A stretch of DNA of 64,000 nt from Candidatus Latescibacterota bacterium (GCA_965222605.1 OZ244960.1:2528001-2592000); one strand, 5' to 3'; shown: positions 19,640-30,711, numbered from the stretch's first letter. Numbers and translations are program-made. Notes: generated by a model from the letters alone, not told the origin.

Positions 19640-20923
19640 ATGGCAGTGACCGAAGAAAAATTGAACATGTTTGAGTTGCAGGAATTCAGCATTCCCGAAC
19701 TCAACAAACACGCGCAAGCACTCAATATTCAAGGCTACAGCAGTCTGCGAAGACAAGAACTTATCTTCGCTATTCTCCACAGCCAAACCGCAAAAAGTGG
19801 ACGTATCTTCGCACAGGGTGTTCTCGACATCCTCGAAGACGGATTTGGCTTCCTCAGATCGCCCAAGTACAATTATTTGCCCGGCCCCGACGACATTTAT
19901 GTAGGCCACTCGCAAATCAAACGCTTTAACCTGCGAACTGGAGACACCATATCGGGGCATATTCGTCCACCGAGAGGCGACGAAAAATACTTCGCACTCA
20001 TTCGCGTTGAGGCCGTCAATTTTGAAGATCCGGAAATCGCAAAACAAAAAATCCTATTTGACAATCTCACGCCTCTACACCCGGACGAACGCATCAACCT
20101 CGAGTACGATTCACAGGACCTTTCCACGCGTATCATGAATCTCCTAACGCCAATTGGCAAAGGTCAACGCGGCATGATTGTCGCGCCTCCGTTTACGGGC
20201 AAAACCATGCTCTTGCAAAAAATTGCCAACGCCATTACCAAAAACCATCCCGAAATCATGCTCATTGTCCTCCTCATCGACGAGCGCCCTGAAGAAGTCA
20301 CAGACATGATCCGTTCGGTCGAGGGCGAAGTTGTCAGTTCGACCTTTGACGAACTCCCAACCCGACATGTACAGGTCGCCGACATGGTCATTGAAAAAGC
20401 CAAGCGATTAGTCGAGCACCAGCAGGACGTGGTCATTTTGCTCGACAGCATTACCCGCTTAGCACGAGCCCATAACACCGTTGCCCCCCACAGTGGGCGC
20501 ATCCTCAGCGGGGGTCTCGATTCGACGGCTATGCAGTGGCCCAAGCGATTTTTTGGCGCAGCGCGCAACATCGAAGAAGGCGGCAGCCTGACCATCCTGG
20601 CAACTGCCCTCGTCGAAACCGGAAGCCGCATGGATGAAGTCATCTTCGAAGAATTTAAGGGCACGGGCAACATGGAACTCAAACTCGACCGTCGGCTCTC
20701 CAATCGCCGCGTCTTTCCCGCCATTGACGTATCCATGTCCAGCACGCGCAAAGAAGAACTCTTGCTCAAAGAAAAAGAACTCAACCGCGTTTGGATCTTG
20801 CGAAAACTACTCAATCAGATGCAACCTCTGGAAGCGATGGAATTTTTCACAGAACGCACCAAAGAAAACAAAACCAACGAAGACTTCCTCAATGCCATGA
20901 GTGAACCGATTCACGCCTTCTAA
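19640..20923 (+). CDS. rho: Transcription termination factor Rho
   Basis: [29 protein letters not shown] and [12 protein letters not shown]. Confidence 0.98.
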   Translation: MAVTEEKLNMFELQEFSIPELNKHAQALNIQGYSSLRRQELIFAILHSQTAKSGRIFAQGVLDILEDGFGFLRSPKYNYLPGPDDIYVGHSQIKRFNLRTGDTISGHIRPPRGDEKYFALIRVEAVNFEDPEIAKQKILFDNLTPLHPDERINLEYDSQDLSTRIMNLLTPIGKGQRGMIVAPPFTGKTMLLQKIANAITKNHPEIMLIVLLIDERPEEVTDMIRSVEGEVVSSTFDELPTRHVQVADMVIEKAKRLVEHQQDVVILLDSITRLARAHNTVAPHSGRILSGGLDSTAMQWPKRFFGAARNIEEGGSLTILATALVETGSRMDEVIFEEFKGTGNMELKLDRRLSNRRVFPAIDVSMSSTRKEELLLKEKELNRVWILRKLLNQMQPLEAMEFFTERTKENKTNEDFLNAMSEPIHAF

Positions 20924-21029
20924 GAAGCGGGACTTGATTATTTCAGGGCATTTTGGTATATTTTGCGGCCTGTGGATGTCCCGCAACCTGTCTTTCTTTA
21001 TGAACATTTGAACACTTGAGGATAATCGC

Positions 21030-21308
21030 ATGAAATCTGATATTCATCCAGAATACCGCGACGTGATCTTTGAAGACGTCAGTGCCAACCCCCCATTTCG
21101 GGTCAAAACGCGTTCGACGCGCACCTCTGAAGAAACCATCCAATGGGAAGACGGCAACACCTATCCACTGATCAAAGTTGAAATCAGTTCGGCTACCCAT
21201 CCCTTCTTCACGGGTAAGATGATGCTGGTTGACACCGCCGGTATGGTCGAGCGCTATCGCCGCCGATATGGTATTAAAAACTCGGAAGAAGAAAACGCGG
21301 ACAGTTAG
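21030..21308 (+). CDS. rpmE: 50S ribosomal protein L31, Cys-free B type
   Basis: MKSDIHPEY...[12 protein letters not shown]...DTAG; no CxxC. Confidence 0.93.
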   Translation: MKSDIHPEYRDVIFEDVSANPPFRVKTRSTRTSEETIQWEDGNTYPLIKVEISSATHPFFTGKMMLVDTAGMVERYRRRYGIKNSEEENADS

Positions 21309-21325
21309 CAACGCGATCCACATTC

Positions 21326-21369
21326 AAAAGGGTGAAATAGTCGCCTGCCGCGACTGTTTCACCCTTTTT
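21326..21369 (+). terminator. Intrinsic terminator after rpmE
   Basis: AAAAGGGTGAAATAGTCGC...GCGACTGTTTCACCCTTTTT. Confidence 0.8.
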
Positions 21370-21374
21370 GTATT

Positions 21375-21447
21375 ACGGGCGGGCACGGGGGCACCGCCCC
21401 TACGATGATATTGTTTTGGTTGTAGGGACAACTCCCTGTGGTTGTCC
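21375..21447. repeat. Inverted pair of GTAG-type REP elements
   Basis: ACGGGCGGGCACGGGGGCACCGCCCCTAC and GTAGGGACAACTCCCTGTGGTTGTCC. Confidence 0.7.
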
Positions 21448-21473
21448 GCTCACGCCTTTCTGAAAGATCCACC

Positions 21474-22550
21474 ATGTTTGAACAACTCAAAAGCATCGAG
21501 ACCCGCTATTTCAAACTCGGCGAAGAAATGGCCAGGCCCGAAGTCGCCTCAGACCCCAACCGCATTCGCAAACTCGGCAAAGAATATAGCGACCTCGAAG
21601 AAATCGTCACAACTTATCGCGACTACAATAACGTGTGCGAAGATCTGGCCGAAGTAAATGACATCATCAGCACGTCAGATGATGCCGAGCTTGTCGATAT
21701 GGCCCAGATGGAAAAAGAGGACCTCGCGCTACGCGAATCAGATCTATCCAACAAGCTCAAAATGCTCTTGATCCCCAAAGACTCCAACGATAGCAAAGAC
21801 ACCGTCGTCGAAATACGCGCAGGCGCGGGAGGGGACGAAGCCGCCCTCTTTGCCGCCGATCTTCACCGCATGTACTCGCGCTATGCAGAAAACACGGGTG
21901 GACGCTGTGAAATCCTCAGCTCAAATCCCACGGGAATTGGTGGATACAAAGAGATCATCTTTTTAGTCGTTGGCAACGGCATCTATGGCAGGCTAAAATA
22001 CGAAAGCGGCGTACACCGGGTCCAGCGCATTCCCGAAACCGAATCCAGCGGTCGCATCCACACCTCGACAGCTACCGTAGCCGTTCTCCCCCACGCAGAA
22101 GAAGTCGATATAGACATCGCTCTCAACGATCTCAAAATTGATGTCTTTCGCTCTTCGGGTCCCGGAGGCCAAAGCGTCAACACCACCGACTCGGCGGTGC
22201 GCATCACCCACATGCCATCGGGACTTGTCGTTACGTGTCAGGACGAAAAATCCCAGCACAAAAACAGAGCCAAAGCACTCAAAGTCTTGCGCTCGCGCCT
22301 GCTCGATCAGGCCATCCGCGAACAACAGGCCAAAACCGCCGCCGACCGCCGCTCACAGATTGGCAGCGGCGACCGAAGCGCGAAAATTCGCACCTACAAT
22401 TTCCCGCAGGGGCGCGTAACCGACCACCGTATCAAACTCACCCTGCACAGACTTGAAGATATTCTGGACGGCAATATCGCAGAAATCATCGAAGCCCTTC
22501 GCCTCTCTGACCAAACGGAAAAACTCAAACAACAAGAACAGATCTTCTGA
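21474..22550 (+). CDS. prfA: Peptide chain release factor 1
   Basis: PET anticodon motif, GPGGQSVN and RTYNFPQ. Confidence 0.97.
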   Translation: MFEQLKSIETRYFKLGEEMARPEVASDPNRIRKLGKEYSDLEEIVTTYRDYNNVCEDLAEVNDIISTSDDAELVDMAQMEKEDLALRESDLSNKLKMLLIPKDSNDSKDTVVEIRAGAGGDEAALFAADLHRMYSRYAENTGGRCEILSSNPTGIGGYKEIIFLVVGNGIYGRLKYESGVHRVQRIPETESSGRIHTSTATVAVLPHAEEVDIDIALNDLKIDVFRSSGPGGQSVNTTDSAVRITHMPSGLVVTCQDEKSQHKNRAKALKVLRSRLLDQAIREQQAKTAADRRSQIGSGDRSAKIRTYNFPQGRVTDHRIKLTLHRLEDILDGNIAEIIEALRLSDQTEKLKQQEQIF

Positions 22551-22560
22551 TCCCCACCCT

Positions 22561-23421
22561 ATGTCCTCGCCGACCTCTATTCCCCATCTCCTCATCTGGG
22601 CCAGAGATATTCTCATCAAAGCGGGTGTACCCAGTCCACAGGTAGATGCCGAATGGACACTCGCCCATGTACTCGAATGCCCGCGTTCAGAACTGCATTT
22701 GCGGGCGCGCCAGCCGCTCACACCTGCACAAAACGCGACCTTTCGCAACCTGATTCACCGCCGCGCCGATCGCATACCCCTGCAACACCTCCTGGGCAAC
22801 ACCGAATTTTACGGCCTCCCCTTTTACACCTCGCCCGATGCCCTGATTCCCCGACCAGAAACAGAGACCCTTGTCGAAGTTATCCTCAATCAATTAAAAA
22901 ACGGCATAAACCTCCGCATCCTCGATATTGGTACGGGATCGGGAATCATCGCCATTACCCTGAGCAAAGCACTTGCAGAATCGCATATAATCGCCACAGA
23001 CATATCGCGCAAAGCACTTTGCCTCGCCAGTCAAAACGCCCATCTCAACAGCGTTTCCGACCGCATTTCTTTTCTACAAACCGATCTCCTCACACCCTTT
23101 GCAACGCCAAAAAGCTTCCACGCCATCTTCTCCAATCCGCCCTATATTCCCAGCGGTGCAATCAACGCGCTACAACCCGAAGTCCGCGCCTGTGATCCTC
23201 GCCTCGCCTTAGATGGGGGCTGCGACGGCCTCGATTTTTATCGCAAAATCATTCCCGCAAGCGTCCCTTTGCTCGCGCCGGGCGGATTATTGGGTTTGGA
23301 AATCGGCCACGACCAGACCGACGCCGTCACCCAACTGATCGGTCGGCAAATTGGCCTGACCCACATCGCTACCCACACCGACCTGAGTGGATATTCCCGC
23401 GTTGTGCTTGTGCAAAGGTAA
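22561..23421 (+). CDS. prmC: Release factor glutamine methyltransferase
   Basis: LIPRPETE, LDIGTGSG and NPPY. Confidence 0.95.
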   Translation: MSSPTSIPHLLIWARDILIKAGVPSPQVDAEWTLAHVLECPRSELHLRARQPLTPAQNATFRNLIHRRADRIPLQHLLGNTEFYGLPFYTSPDALIPRPETETLVEVILNQLKNGINLRILDIGTGSGIIAITLSKALAESHIIATDISRKALCLASQNAHLNSVSDRISFLQTDLLTPFATPKSFHAIFSNPPYIPSGAINALQPEVRACDPRLALDGGCDGLDFYRKIIPASVPLLAPGGLLGLEIGHDQTDAVTQLIGRQIGLTHIATHTDLSGYSRVVLVQR

Positions 23422-23424
23422 ATA

Positions 23425-23516
23425 GCTATCAGCCATCAGCTTTCAGCTTTCAGCCCCCGCCCATCCCTCCCCATTGGATGGAAAGATTGACTGCTGACGC
23501 TGACCGCTAATCGCTA
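23425..23516. repeat. Inverted arrays of short (~7 nt) tandem repeats
   Basis: GCTATCAGCCATCAGCTTTCAGCTTTCAGC ... TGACTGCTGACGCTGACCGCTAATCGCTA. Confidence 0.6.
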
Positions 23517-23618
23517 ATCATTGACTTTTACGACCTTTTTTGTTAATTTCTCACGCCTTAAACCCATCGCTGCGTCGATGGTTTAAATTCGTTTGTCTCA
23601 CCCCTTTACAAACGCGCC

Positions 23619-24587
23619 ATGTTAGACCAAATTTTCACGCCTATCCAATATCAGATCTCACGTTTTGAAACCCGTCTCGAAGAAATTATGACGGCCTCTG
23701 ATATCGGAGGCATACAAGAAATGGCCTATCACGCTGTTAAAAACAGGGGCAGGCGTTTTCGACCTGCCCTTGCATTCTTAACAGCGCAGGCCGTAGGCGA
23801 GTGTTCAGACGCGGTGATCGATGCTGCTGTGGGCGTTGAAATCATACAGACGGCATCGCTCATTCACGATGACGTGATCGACAACTCGGAAACGCGCCGG
23901 GGTGCCGATGTCTTGCATCTGCAATGGGGCAATCGCGCAGCCATTTTGATGGGCGATTTTCTTTTCGCCAAATCAATGCAAGTGCTCGTTGGCCTCAACT
24001 CTCTACAAGTCATGGACGCCACGACCCACGCGATTCAGCGCGTCGTCGAAGGGGAAATTCTCGAAGGCGAAATATCTTCTGCAGGTGAAGCATCGCTCTA
24101 TTTTCGCATGATCAACCAAAAAACGGCATCTCTGCTCGCGCTGGCTTGCGAATTGGGTGCTATTTTGGGAAAAGGGTCGCCTACCCAGATCGCTCGCATG
24201 GCGTCTTTTGGCAGCGAAATAGGCGTCGCCTTCCAGATTACCGACGACGTCCTCGACCTGATGGGCAGTGCAAATAACATGGGCAAGCCCACGGGAAACG
24301 ATATTCGTGAAAAAAAATTGACCTTGCCCTTAATTCGAGCCCTGGCAAACTGCAAAAATGGCGAAGCTGCCCATATTCGCAACAAAGTAATCAATGGCGT
24401 AGAAACCGACAGCGACTGGCGAGAAGTCATTCGCTTTGTCCAACGCTATCGGGGCGTAGAAGCCGCGCGAGAAGAAGCGCGTTCTTATGCCCAATCCGCT
24501 CTCGAAAACCTGAATGCGCTACACACCTCCAGCGCGCGCGACGCGCTCGCACTGGCGGTTCAACACGTGGTTGAACGCGACCAGTAA
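23619..24587 (+). CDS. Polyprenyl diphosphate synthase
   Basis: SLIHDDVID..RRG, KTA, FQITDDVLD and GKPTGND. Confidence 0.93.
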   Translation: MLDQIFTPIQYQISRFETRLEEIMTASDIGGIQEMAYHAVKNRGRRFRPALAFLTAQAVGECSDAVIDAAVGVEIIQTASLIHDDVIDNSETRRGADVLHLQWGNRAAILMGDFLFAKSMQVLVGLNSLQVMDATTHAIQRVVEGEILEGEISSAGEASLYFRMINQKTASLLALACELGAILGKGSPTQIARMASFGSEIGVAFQITDDVLDLMGSANNMGKPTGNDIREKKLTLPLIRALANCKNGEAAHIRNKVINGVETDSDWREVIRFVQRYRGVEAAREEARSYAQSALENLNALHTSSARDALALAVQHVVERDQ

Positions 24588-24617
24588 ATCACACTATAAA
24601 CGGAGTAACTCCCTGCG

Positions 24618-27146
24618 ATGACCCGAGAATACTGGCGTTTGTTAATTATAGGTGCGACCATAGTGCTCGCACTTTTTTATCTCTATCCCACCTATCAATT
24701 TTACTACGCACCTCCGGAAAATTTAGACCAGCGAGAGCGCGTAAAACAGCAAGCCATCAACCTGGGATTGGACCTGCAAGGGGGTATCCACCTCGTCCTC
24801 GAAGTGGATCAATCCAATCTATCAGAAGATGAAAAAACAGACGTGGTTGCGCGCGCCCTCGAAATTATCCGCAATCGCATTGACCAATTTGGCGTCTCTG
24901 AACCCATCATTCACCGCGAAGGCGATTGGCGCATCGTGGTCGAATTGCCGGGTGTGCAAGACATCGAACGCGCCAAGGGCCTGATCGGCAAAACCGCGCG
25001 TCTCGAATTTAAAATCCTCAAATCCGACGCCAACCGCGCCGGCATAATCGAAAAAATTGACCGATACCTCGCGGCGCAAGCACCTGTTGATATCGCGAAA
25101 ACCGAAGACCCGCTCCTCGGACAAATAGCTGAAGCCACCCCATCCCTCGCGCGCTATGTGCGCTCTTATGGGCCAAATTTCGTGGTAATGGAAGACAATA
25201 TACTGACCGTGCGGGAACTTCTGAATCGCCCGGATATAACAAAGCTCCTGCCACCCGACGCGCAATTCCTGTGGAATTCCAAAGTCGAAGAAATGGGCGA
25301 TGGGCAGTTCTACCGCGCCCTCTATTATCTCAAAAGACGCGTGGAAATGACGGGTGAAATCCTCTCCGACGCCTCTGTCACAACCGGGCAATCTTTTGAA
25401 AACGCCGGTCAACCCATTGTCAATTTTACCACCACCAGCCAGGGCGTGCGCCTCTTTGGACGGGTCACGGGCGCCAATGTGGGCGAACGCATGGCCATCA
25501 TTCTCGATGATCAGGTCTATTCCGCGCCCACTATCCGCTCCAAAATCAGCCAGGGATCGGGCATTATTGAAGGCACTGGCACCATTGACGAAGCCAAAGA
25601 CCTCGCCATTGTCTTGCGCGCGGGTGCGCTGCCCGCCGATGTCAATATCGTAGAAGATCGCACGGTAGGACCTTCGCTTGGGCGCGACTCCATAGAGCAG
25701 GGCAAAAATGCAGCCCTCATTGGCCTGGTCATAGTCATCATCTTCATGGTCATCTACTACGGTTTCTCGGGCCTCGTCGCAGACCTCGCGCTCGTGCTCA
25801 ACCTCGTCTTTGTCATGGCCATTCTCGCGGCTTTTCAAGGCACGCTCACCCTGCCCGGCATAGCGGGTATTATTTTGACCATTGGTATGGCAGTGGATGC
25901 CAATGTGCTGATTCTCGAACGCATCCGCGAGGAATTGCGCGCGGAAAAAACCTTGCGAATAGCCATTGAAAATGGTTATGCGCGCGCCGTCCAGACCATT
26001 GTAGATGCCAACGTGACCACCATCATCACGGCCATCGTGCTCTACCAATACGGCACCGGACCCATCAAGGGTTTTGCACTCACCTTGATAATCGGTATTA
26101 TCTCCTCGATGTTTACCTCCATCTTTGTCACGCGCACCGTTTACGACACCATTGTCTCGCGCCAGGTCAATCCCCGCCTCAGCATTGGCAGGCTGCGCGT
26201 ATTTGGCGATACCAGCATCAACTTTCTCGGTGTTCGACGGGGTGCGTTCATCTTTTCCGCTGTTCTCATCCTGATCGGTCTGGGTTCCACCGTCACCAAA
26301 GGCGGTTATAACCTGGGCATCGACTTTGCCGGGGGCACATTGCTCGAATTGCACTTTGATCCCCCGGCCTCTGTCGGCGACATCCGCCAGTCTCTGGGCG
26401 ATGTTCGCGTTGGGGATCAAAGCATGGACTTGCGCAACAGCGAGATTAAAGAATTTGGCTCGGTCAACGATATTCTCATTCGCGTGGAAGAAGAGGCAGA
26501 AGGCACAGCCATCGCAGATGCCATAAAAACCAGACTCAAGTCCGATTTCTCTGGCAATATTCGCGATGCAACCGAGTGGTTGCGGCGTCAGGAAGCCGTC
26601 GGTCCCAAAATAGGTGAAGAACTCAAGACCAATGCCGTATATGCCATCCTCGTCTCAATGATTCTCATTATCATTTACGTGTGGTGGCGCTTCAGGCAGA
26701 TTGAGTTTGGGATTGCAGCCGTCATCGCCCTTTTCCACGACGTCATGATCACCATGGGGATCTTTTCAGTTCTAAATTGGGAGATCTCCCTGGCCATTGT
26801 GGCGGCCTTGCTCACCATTGTGGGGTACTCCCTCAACGATACGATCGTGGTCTATGACCGCATCCGTGAAGATATCAAATTGTATCGCCGCGATACATTT
26901 AGCACCGTAATCAACCGCGCCATCAACGAGTGTCTCAACCGCACAGTAATCACCTCGGGCACCACCATGCTGGTTGTGCTCTCTCTCATCTTCCTCGGCG
27001 GAGAAGTCATCCGCGACTTTGCATGCGCCCTGCTCATCGGCGTTATCGTGGGAACGTACTCTTCGGCATTTGTCGCATCGCCCATAGTGGTTGAATGGCA
27101 CAACCGCCGGGAAGCAAAAGCGGGACGCGGACGGAATGCGGCGTAG
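24618..27146 (+). CDS. secDF: Protein translocase SecDF (fused)
   Basis: LGLDLQGG, GMAVDANV, GIDFAGG and GYSLNDTIVVYDRIRE. Confidence 0.96.
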   Translation: MTREYWRLLIIGATIVLALFYLYPTYQFYYAPPENLDQRERVKQQAINLGLDLQGGIHLVLEVDQSNLSEDEKTDVVARALEIIRNRIDQFGVSEPIIHREGDWRIVVELPGVQDIERAKGLIGKTARLEFKILKSDANRAGIIEKIDRYLAAQAPVDIAKTEDPLLGQIAEATPSLARYVRSYGPNFVVMEDNILTVRELLNRPDITKLLPPDAQFLWNSKVEEMGDGQFYRALYYLKRRVEMTGEILSDASVTTGQSFENAGQPIVNFTTTSQGVRLFGRVTGANVGERMAIILDDQVYSAPTIRSKISQGSGIIEGTGTIDEAKDLAIVLRAGALPADVNIVEDRTVGPSLGRDSIEQGKNAALIGLVIVIIFMVIYYGFSGLVADLALVLNLVFVMAILAAFQGTLTLPGIAGIILTIGMAVDANVLILERIREELRAEKTLRIAIENGYARAVQTIVDANVTTIITAIVLYQYGTGPIKGFALTLIIGIISSMFTSIFVTRTVYDTIVSRQVNPRLSIGRLRVFGDTSINFLGVRRGAFIFSAVLILIGLGSTVTKGGYNLGIDFAGGTLLELHFDPPASVGDIRQSLGDVRVGDQSMDLRNSEIKEFGSVNDILIRVEEEAEGTAIADAIKTRLKSDFSGNIRDATEWLRRQEAVGPKIGEELKTNAVYAILVSMILIIIYVWWRFRQIEFGIAAVIALFHDVMITMGIFSVLNWEISLAIVAALLTIVGYSLNDTIVVYDRIREDIKLYRRDTFSTVINRAINECLNRTVITSGTTMLVVLSLIFLGGEVIRDFACALLIGVIVGTYSSAFVASPIVVEWHNRREAKAGRGRNAA

Positions 27147-27164
27147 GTTGAGCTAAATTAAATG

Positions 27165-27208
27165 AAAGAAGCACCTGATCAGATGAGTGATCGGGTGCTT
27201 CTTTTTTT
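27165..27208 (+). terminator. Intrinsic terminator
   Basis: AAAGAAGCACCTGATCA...TGATCGGGTGCTTCTTTTTTT. Confidence 0.8.
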
Positions 27209-27226
27209 CAAAACCAACTTGATTAA

Positions 27227-27553
27227 CTATATCGCAATAACCTTTTTGGCACCTTCACTCTCCGGCCAGGCAATATGAATACTCACCTCGCAATTGAGGC
27301 GATTGAGGAACCGCATCAACCGTTCCACGCTGTAATAGGAAAATTTACCGCTTTTAAGCCGAGAAATTTCTGGTTGCTTAACTTTAAGAATGCTCGCGGC
27401 CTTTGTCTGAGTCAGCTTGCGGTGTTCAAGAATTCGAAAAATCTCCGCACCGAGTTGGGCTTTGAGCAACTCGTCTTTTGCTTCCTCTTCACCAAAGCCC
27501 AAATCTAAAAAGATATTGCCACTACTCTCCTCAATTTTAATATCCTCACCCAT
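27227..27553 (-). CDS. XRE/HigA-type antitoxin (HTH_37-like)
   Basis: SSGNIFLDLG, LTQ..AA.IL...QPEISRL and YSVERL. Confidence 0.88.
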   Translation of the reverse strand: MGEDIKIEESSGNIFLDLGFGEEEAKDELLKAQLGAEIFRILEHRKLTQTKAASILKVKQPEISRLKSGKFSYYSVERLMRFLNRLNCEVSIHIAWPESEGAKKVIAI

Positions 27554-27920
27554 GGCCTTCCTCCTGTTTAGCCAACTCCTTAGCGCGTCCCAATCGTCTT
27601 TTAATTAAGTCGATATCTTTCTTAGGGGTGGCGATTCCTCTTTTCGATTTCTTCTGAAATGCATGGAGCACATAAAGACTTCTGCCAATCTTGACCGTGT
27701 AAACAGCGCGGTAGGTATTTGTAGCATAATCACTGACAATCTCAAATACGCCGGATTCAATACCCCTCATCGGCTTGGTAGAGGGCGGCGTTTGTCCGGT
27801 CTGCACCAGATAGAGCAAATGTCCAATATCTTTGCGGACCTGGTTGGGAAAACGCTGTAGTTGCTCTCTCGAATCTCCAATCCACCGGACATTTCTGAGG
27901 AATATTCCTTCACGTTCCAT
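27546..27920 (-). CDS. RelE/HigB (Gp49-like) toxin
   Basis: GVFEI, YRAVY and VLHAFQKKS. Confidence 0.9.
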   Translation of the reverse strand: MEREGIFLRNVRWIGDSREQLQRFPNQVRKDIGHLLYLVQTGQTPPSTKPMRGIESGVFEIVSDYATNTYRAVYTVKIGRSLYVLHAFQKKSKRGIATPKKDIDLIKRRLGRAKELAKQEEGHG

Positions 27921-27926
27921 GCCCTG

Positions 27927-27955
27927 ATTATATCTAATTAGTTATATTATGTCAA
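27927..27955 (-). promoter_or_regulatory. Consensus sigma70 promoter with overlapping palindromic operator
   Basis: TTGACA-17 nt-TATAAT on the minus strand; dyad TATA.CTAATTAG.TATA within it. Confidence 0.8.
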
Positions 27956-28106
27956 TCCTTTTGATATTGACTCGTAAACTGTAGTTTTTAAATTAATACA
28001 AACCTATGCCAGGTAAAGATTTTGCCGGACAAACCTCTTTGATCCATTTGAGATAGGTAAGTATTCTTAGACGCCAGAACAGTTCAACCCTTGAAAGGGT
28101 AACATC

Positions 28107-30689
28107 ATGGCAGCAAAAACATATCTCCGTATCTCTAAATTTGCGTCCCTGAGCAGCATGATCCTCCTGCTGACACTCATCTTCAGTGGACACGCTTTTG
28201 CACAATTCACCTATCAATGGAAAACTGATACAACCCCTGAAGGGGTAGAATCGGCAACCCTCGTTCAACCCGTGCAGGTGCTGTTCTTGGACGAGCCAAT
28301 ACAGGTTGTGCCGCACAGCTCATCATTGCGTCTCATGCAACAATACTCTGTATTACTCGGCACCGAATGGAGTGATGGTCAGGCATACCGGCTGCTCCAG
28401 ACCTTTGAGTCCATACCGCAATTGAATAACGACGTGAACAAAGGGAGACCCAGCGTTCCATCCTCGTTATGGCAATTGACAGACCAGCATATTCAAAATG
28501 ACATAGAGATTCGCATCCAGGATGGGCAGAAAATCGTCACCTTGTCTCGGGAGGCTTTTACTTATGCCGATCCATTGCTGGCTGAAATAGAAGGTGTGAG
28601 AGGCCGCTTTTTCTCCAAAAGACTCCACCATGCCGTCGTTCGCTATGTAACCGACCATGGCAGAGATAGACACGCGCTAAAGCGGATTTTGGAGAAACGC
28701 TATGGCGTAAGTATAGATGTGCCGGACTATACCGAACTTACGCGGAACACAACAAAAGAACACGCAGGTCGTTTTGGAGAGTTCAAAAACGAAGAATTGA
28801 TGACACTTGTGAGTATGCTTGAAGAATACCCACAAGGCATGCTCAGCACGCCAGGGCTGCGATATTTGGTTCGACGATTAGATGGGACACCAAATCCGCT
28901 TAAACCGACTGTGCCTGCTATAGCATGGGCGACCGAGGGCTATATTGAGTTCATGGAAAGAGCTTTTAAGGACCAAGGACTCGACTATATCCACCGCTTA
29001 ATTCTCCATGAAAAAGCACACTTCTTATGGGAACATCTCTTTGACGACCAACTCAAACAGGATTGGATTGACCTCGGCGGCTGGTATGAAAATCCGGACG
29101 ATGGAGATGGTTGGTCAACGACCAAACAGGTCGAATTTGTATCTGCTTATGCACACGCTGTGAATCCGAATGAGGATATGGCGGAAACGATCAGTTATTA
29201 CATCGTAAACCCCGACAAATTGCGCTCGCGCTCCCCTGCCAAATACGAATTTATTCGGGATCGGGTCATGCACGGCACGCAGTACATATCTCGGATACGC
29301 GAAGACCTGACATTTCAGGTCTATAATCTGTATCCCGATGTGGTATATCCCGGTCGGATCATACGGGTGGCTATACAGGTTGCGGGCGAACCGGAAGAGG
29401 ATAAGGAGATAACAATAGAGCTTGAAATTCACCGGGAGAATAGTTTCGACAATGCCCAAGCAACATCTATCAGGATTCACAGTACAAAAGGCACCTATTT
29501 TAACATTTGGCTTCATCCTGTAAGTTCCGATGGTAGTCGCATCAATGCAGGACACATTTTGCGGGGCACTAAAACACTATCAAAGCACGCAGCTTATGGC
29601 TATTGGGGTCCAGATCAAATTACCCTCAAGGATGCCCAGGGCAATGAACGCCACGAATCTCAGGCGGACTTCGGATGGAAGCTCTATCTCAACAACCCGC
29701 TCGCAGATAATGAACCGCCGGAGTACATCAAAAATTCAATGCAACTCTCATTGTCACAAAGTACAGCAGAAGGCAGATCCTTGCAAATTCTCGCCGCTCG
29801 TTGGAAGATTTTTGAAGAAATCGGTATGCAGGAAAGGGGAGTCTATGCAACTCTAAACGATGCAAATACCGAGACCTATTCTCGGCGCTCGACAAGCTGG
29901 GGAGAATATAATCCACAGACCAGTGAAGCGAGTGTTGAACTTAAAATTCCGAATTATTTCCCCGGCGGGACGTACGCTGTTAACTATATTGAGATGAGGG
30001 ATAGGGCATTAAACATGCGAGGGGTGCACTTTACCGATCCAGGGACAAGCTTAAGGAATAGATCAGTAATAATAGATGAAGCACCTGCCACCATTAACAT
30101 TCAAACGACAAATCCGGATGACACTCCACCCGTGCTCGATCTAAATCAGATCACAATTCAGGCAGAACCGACCAACCCAGAAGCACCAAATGGCGAAACA
30201 CAGGTCGATATTACCTTTAGAATCAAGGACAACATCAGTGGACATAGTTTTACAGACATGTATTTACGCGACCCGAACGGTGTGAGGCACAACTTTAGAC
30301 ATTACGATCCGGATATTTACAAAGTCTATTTTACTCGCAATCCGGCTGTCTATCAAACCTACCATAAAACGATCATCTTACCTGTTGGCAGTATTCCCGG
30401 AACATGGGGACTTGCTCAAATGAAGGTATGGGATAAGGCACGGAATATCCTTCGGGCGAACTTTACTGAAATCATCCGCTTTGAGGTACAGGATACCCTC
30501 ACCTCTGCCGACTTTGATGGCGATGGACAGGTCGGGATCGCAGACTTTTTGCTCTTTGTTGAAGCGTTTGGAACCCAGAGCGGACAGGAGAACTTCGATT
30601 CCAAATTTGACCTCGACAACAATGGAATCGTTGACATATCCGACTTCCTCATCTTCGTGGATTCTTTTGGCAAACCTGTCAGTGGATAG
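28107..30689 (+). CDS. Secreted zincin-like metalloprotein with C-terminal EF-hand/dockerin-like domain
   Basis: Signal peptide (AFA), HEKAH, SAYA...NEDMAE, and DFDGDG/DLDNNG repeats at the C-terminus. Confidence 0.75.
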   Translation: MAAKTYLRISKFASLSSMILLLTLIFSGHAFAQFTYQWKTDTTPEGVESATLVQPVQVLFLDEPIQVVPHSSSLRLMQQYSVLLGTEWSDGQAYRLLQTFESIPQLNNDVNKGRPSVPSSLWQLTDQHIQNDIEIRIQDGQKIVTLSREAFTYADPLLAEIEGVRGRFFSKRLHHAVVRYVTDHGRDRHALKRILEKRYGVSIDVPDYTELTRNTTKEHAGRFGEFKNEELMTLVSMLEEYPQGMLSTPGLRYLVRRLDGTPNPLKPTVPAIAWATEGYIEFMERAFKDQGLDYIHRLILHEKAHFLWEHLFDDQLKQDWIDLGGWYENPDDGDGWSTTKQVEFVSAYAHAVNPNEDMAETISYYIVNPDKLRSRSPAKYEFIRDRVMHGTQYISRIREDLTFQVYNLYPDVVYPGRIIRVAIQVAGEPEEDKEITIELEIHRENSFDNAQATSIRIHSTKGTYFNIWLHPVSSDGSRINAGHILRGTKTLSKHAAYGYWGPDQITLKDAQGNERHESQADFGWKLYLNNPLADNEPPEYIKNSMQLSLSQSTAEGRSLQILAARWKIFEEIGMQERGVYATLNDANTETYSRRSTSWGEYNPQTSEASVELKIPNYFPGGTYAVNYIEMRDRALNMRGVHFTDPGTSLRNRSVIIDEAPATINIQTTNPDDTPPVLDLNQITIQAEPTNPEAPNGETQVDITFRIKDNISGHSFTDMYLRDPNGVRHNFRHYDPDIYKVYFTRNPAVYQTYHKTIILPVGSIPGTWGLAQMKVWDKARNILRANFTEIIRFEVQDTLTSADFDGDGQVGIADFLLFVEAFGTQSGQENFDSKFDLDNNGIVDISDFLIFVDSFGKPVSG

Positions 30690-30711
30690 CCGCCACGCGG
30701 TCAACATCACA

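Noticed and set aside
24822-26420. 532 aa antisense ORF
   Set aside because: Shadow frame of secDF with no recognisable motifs
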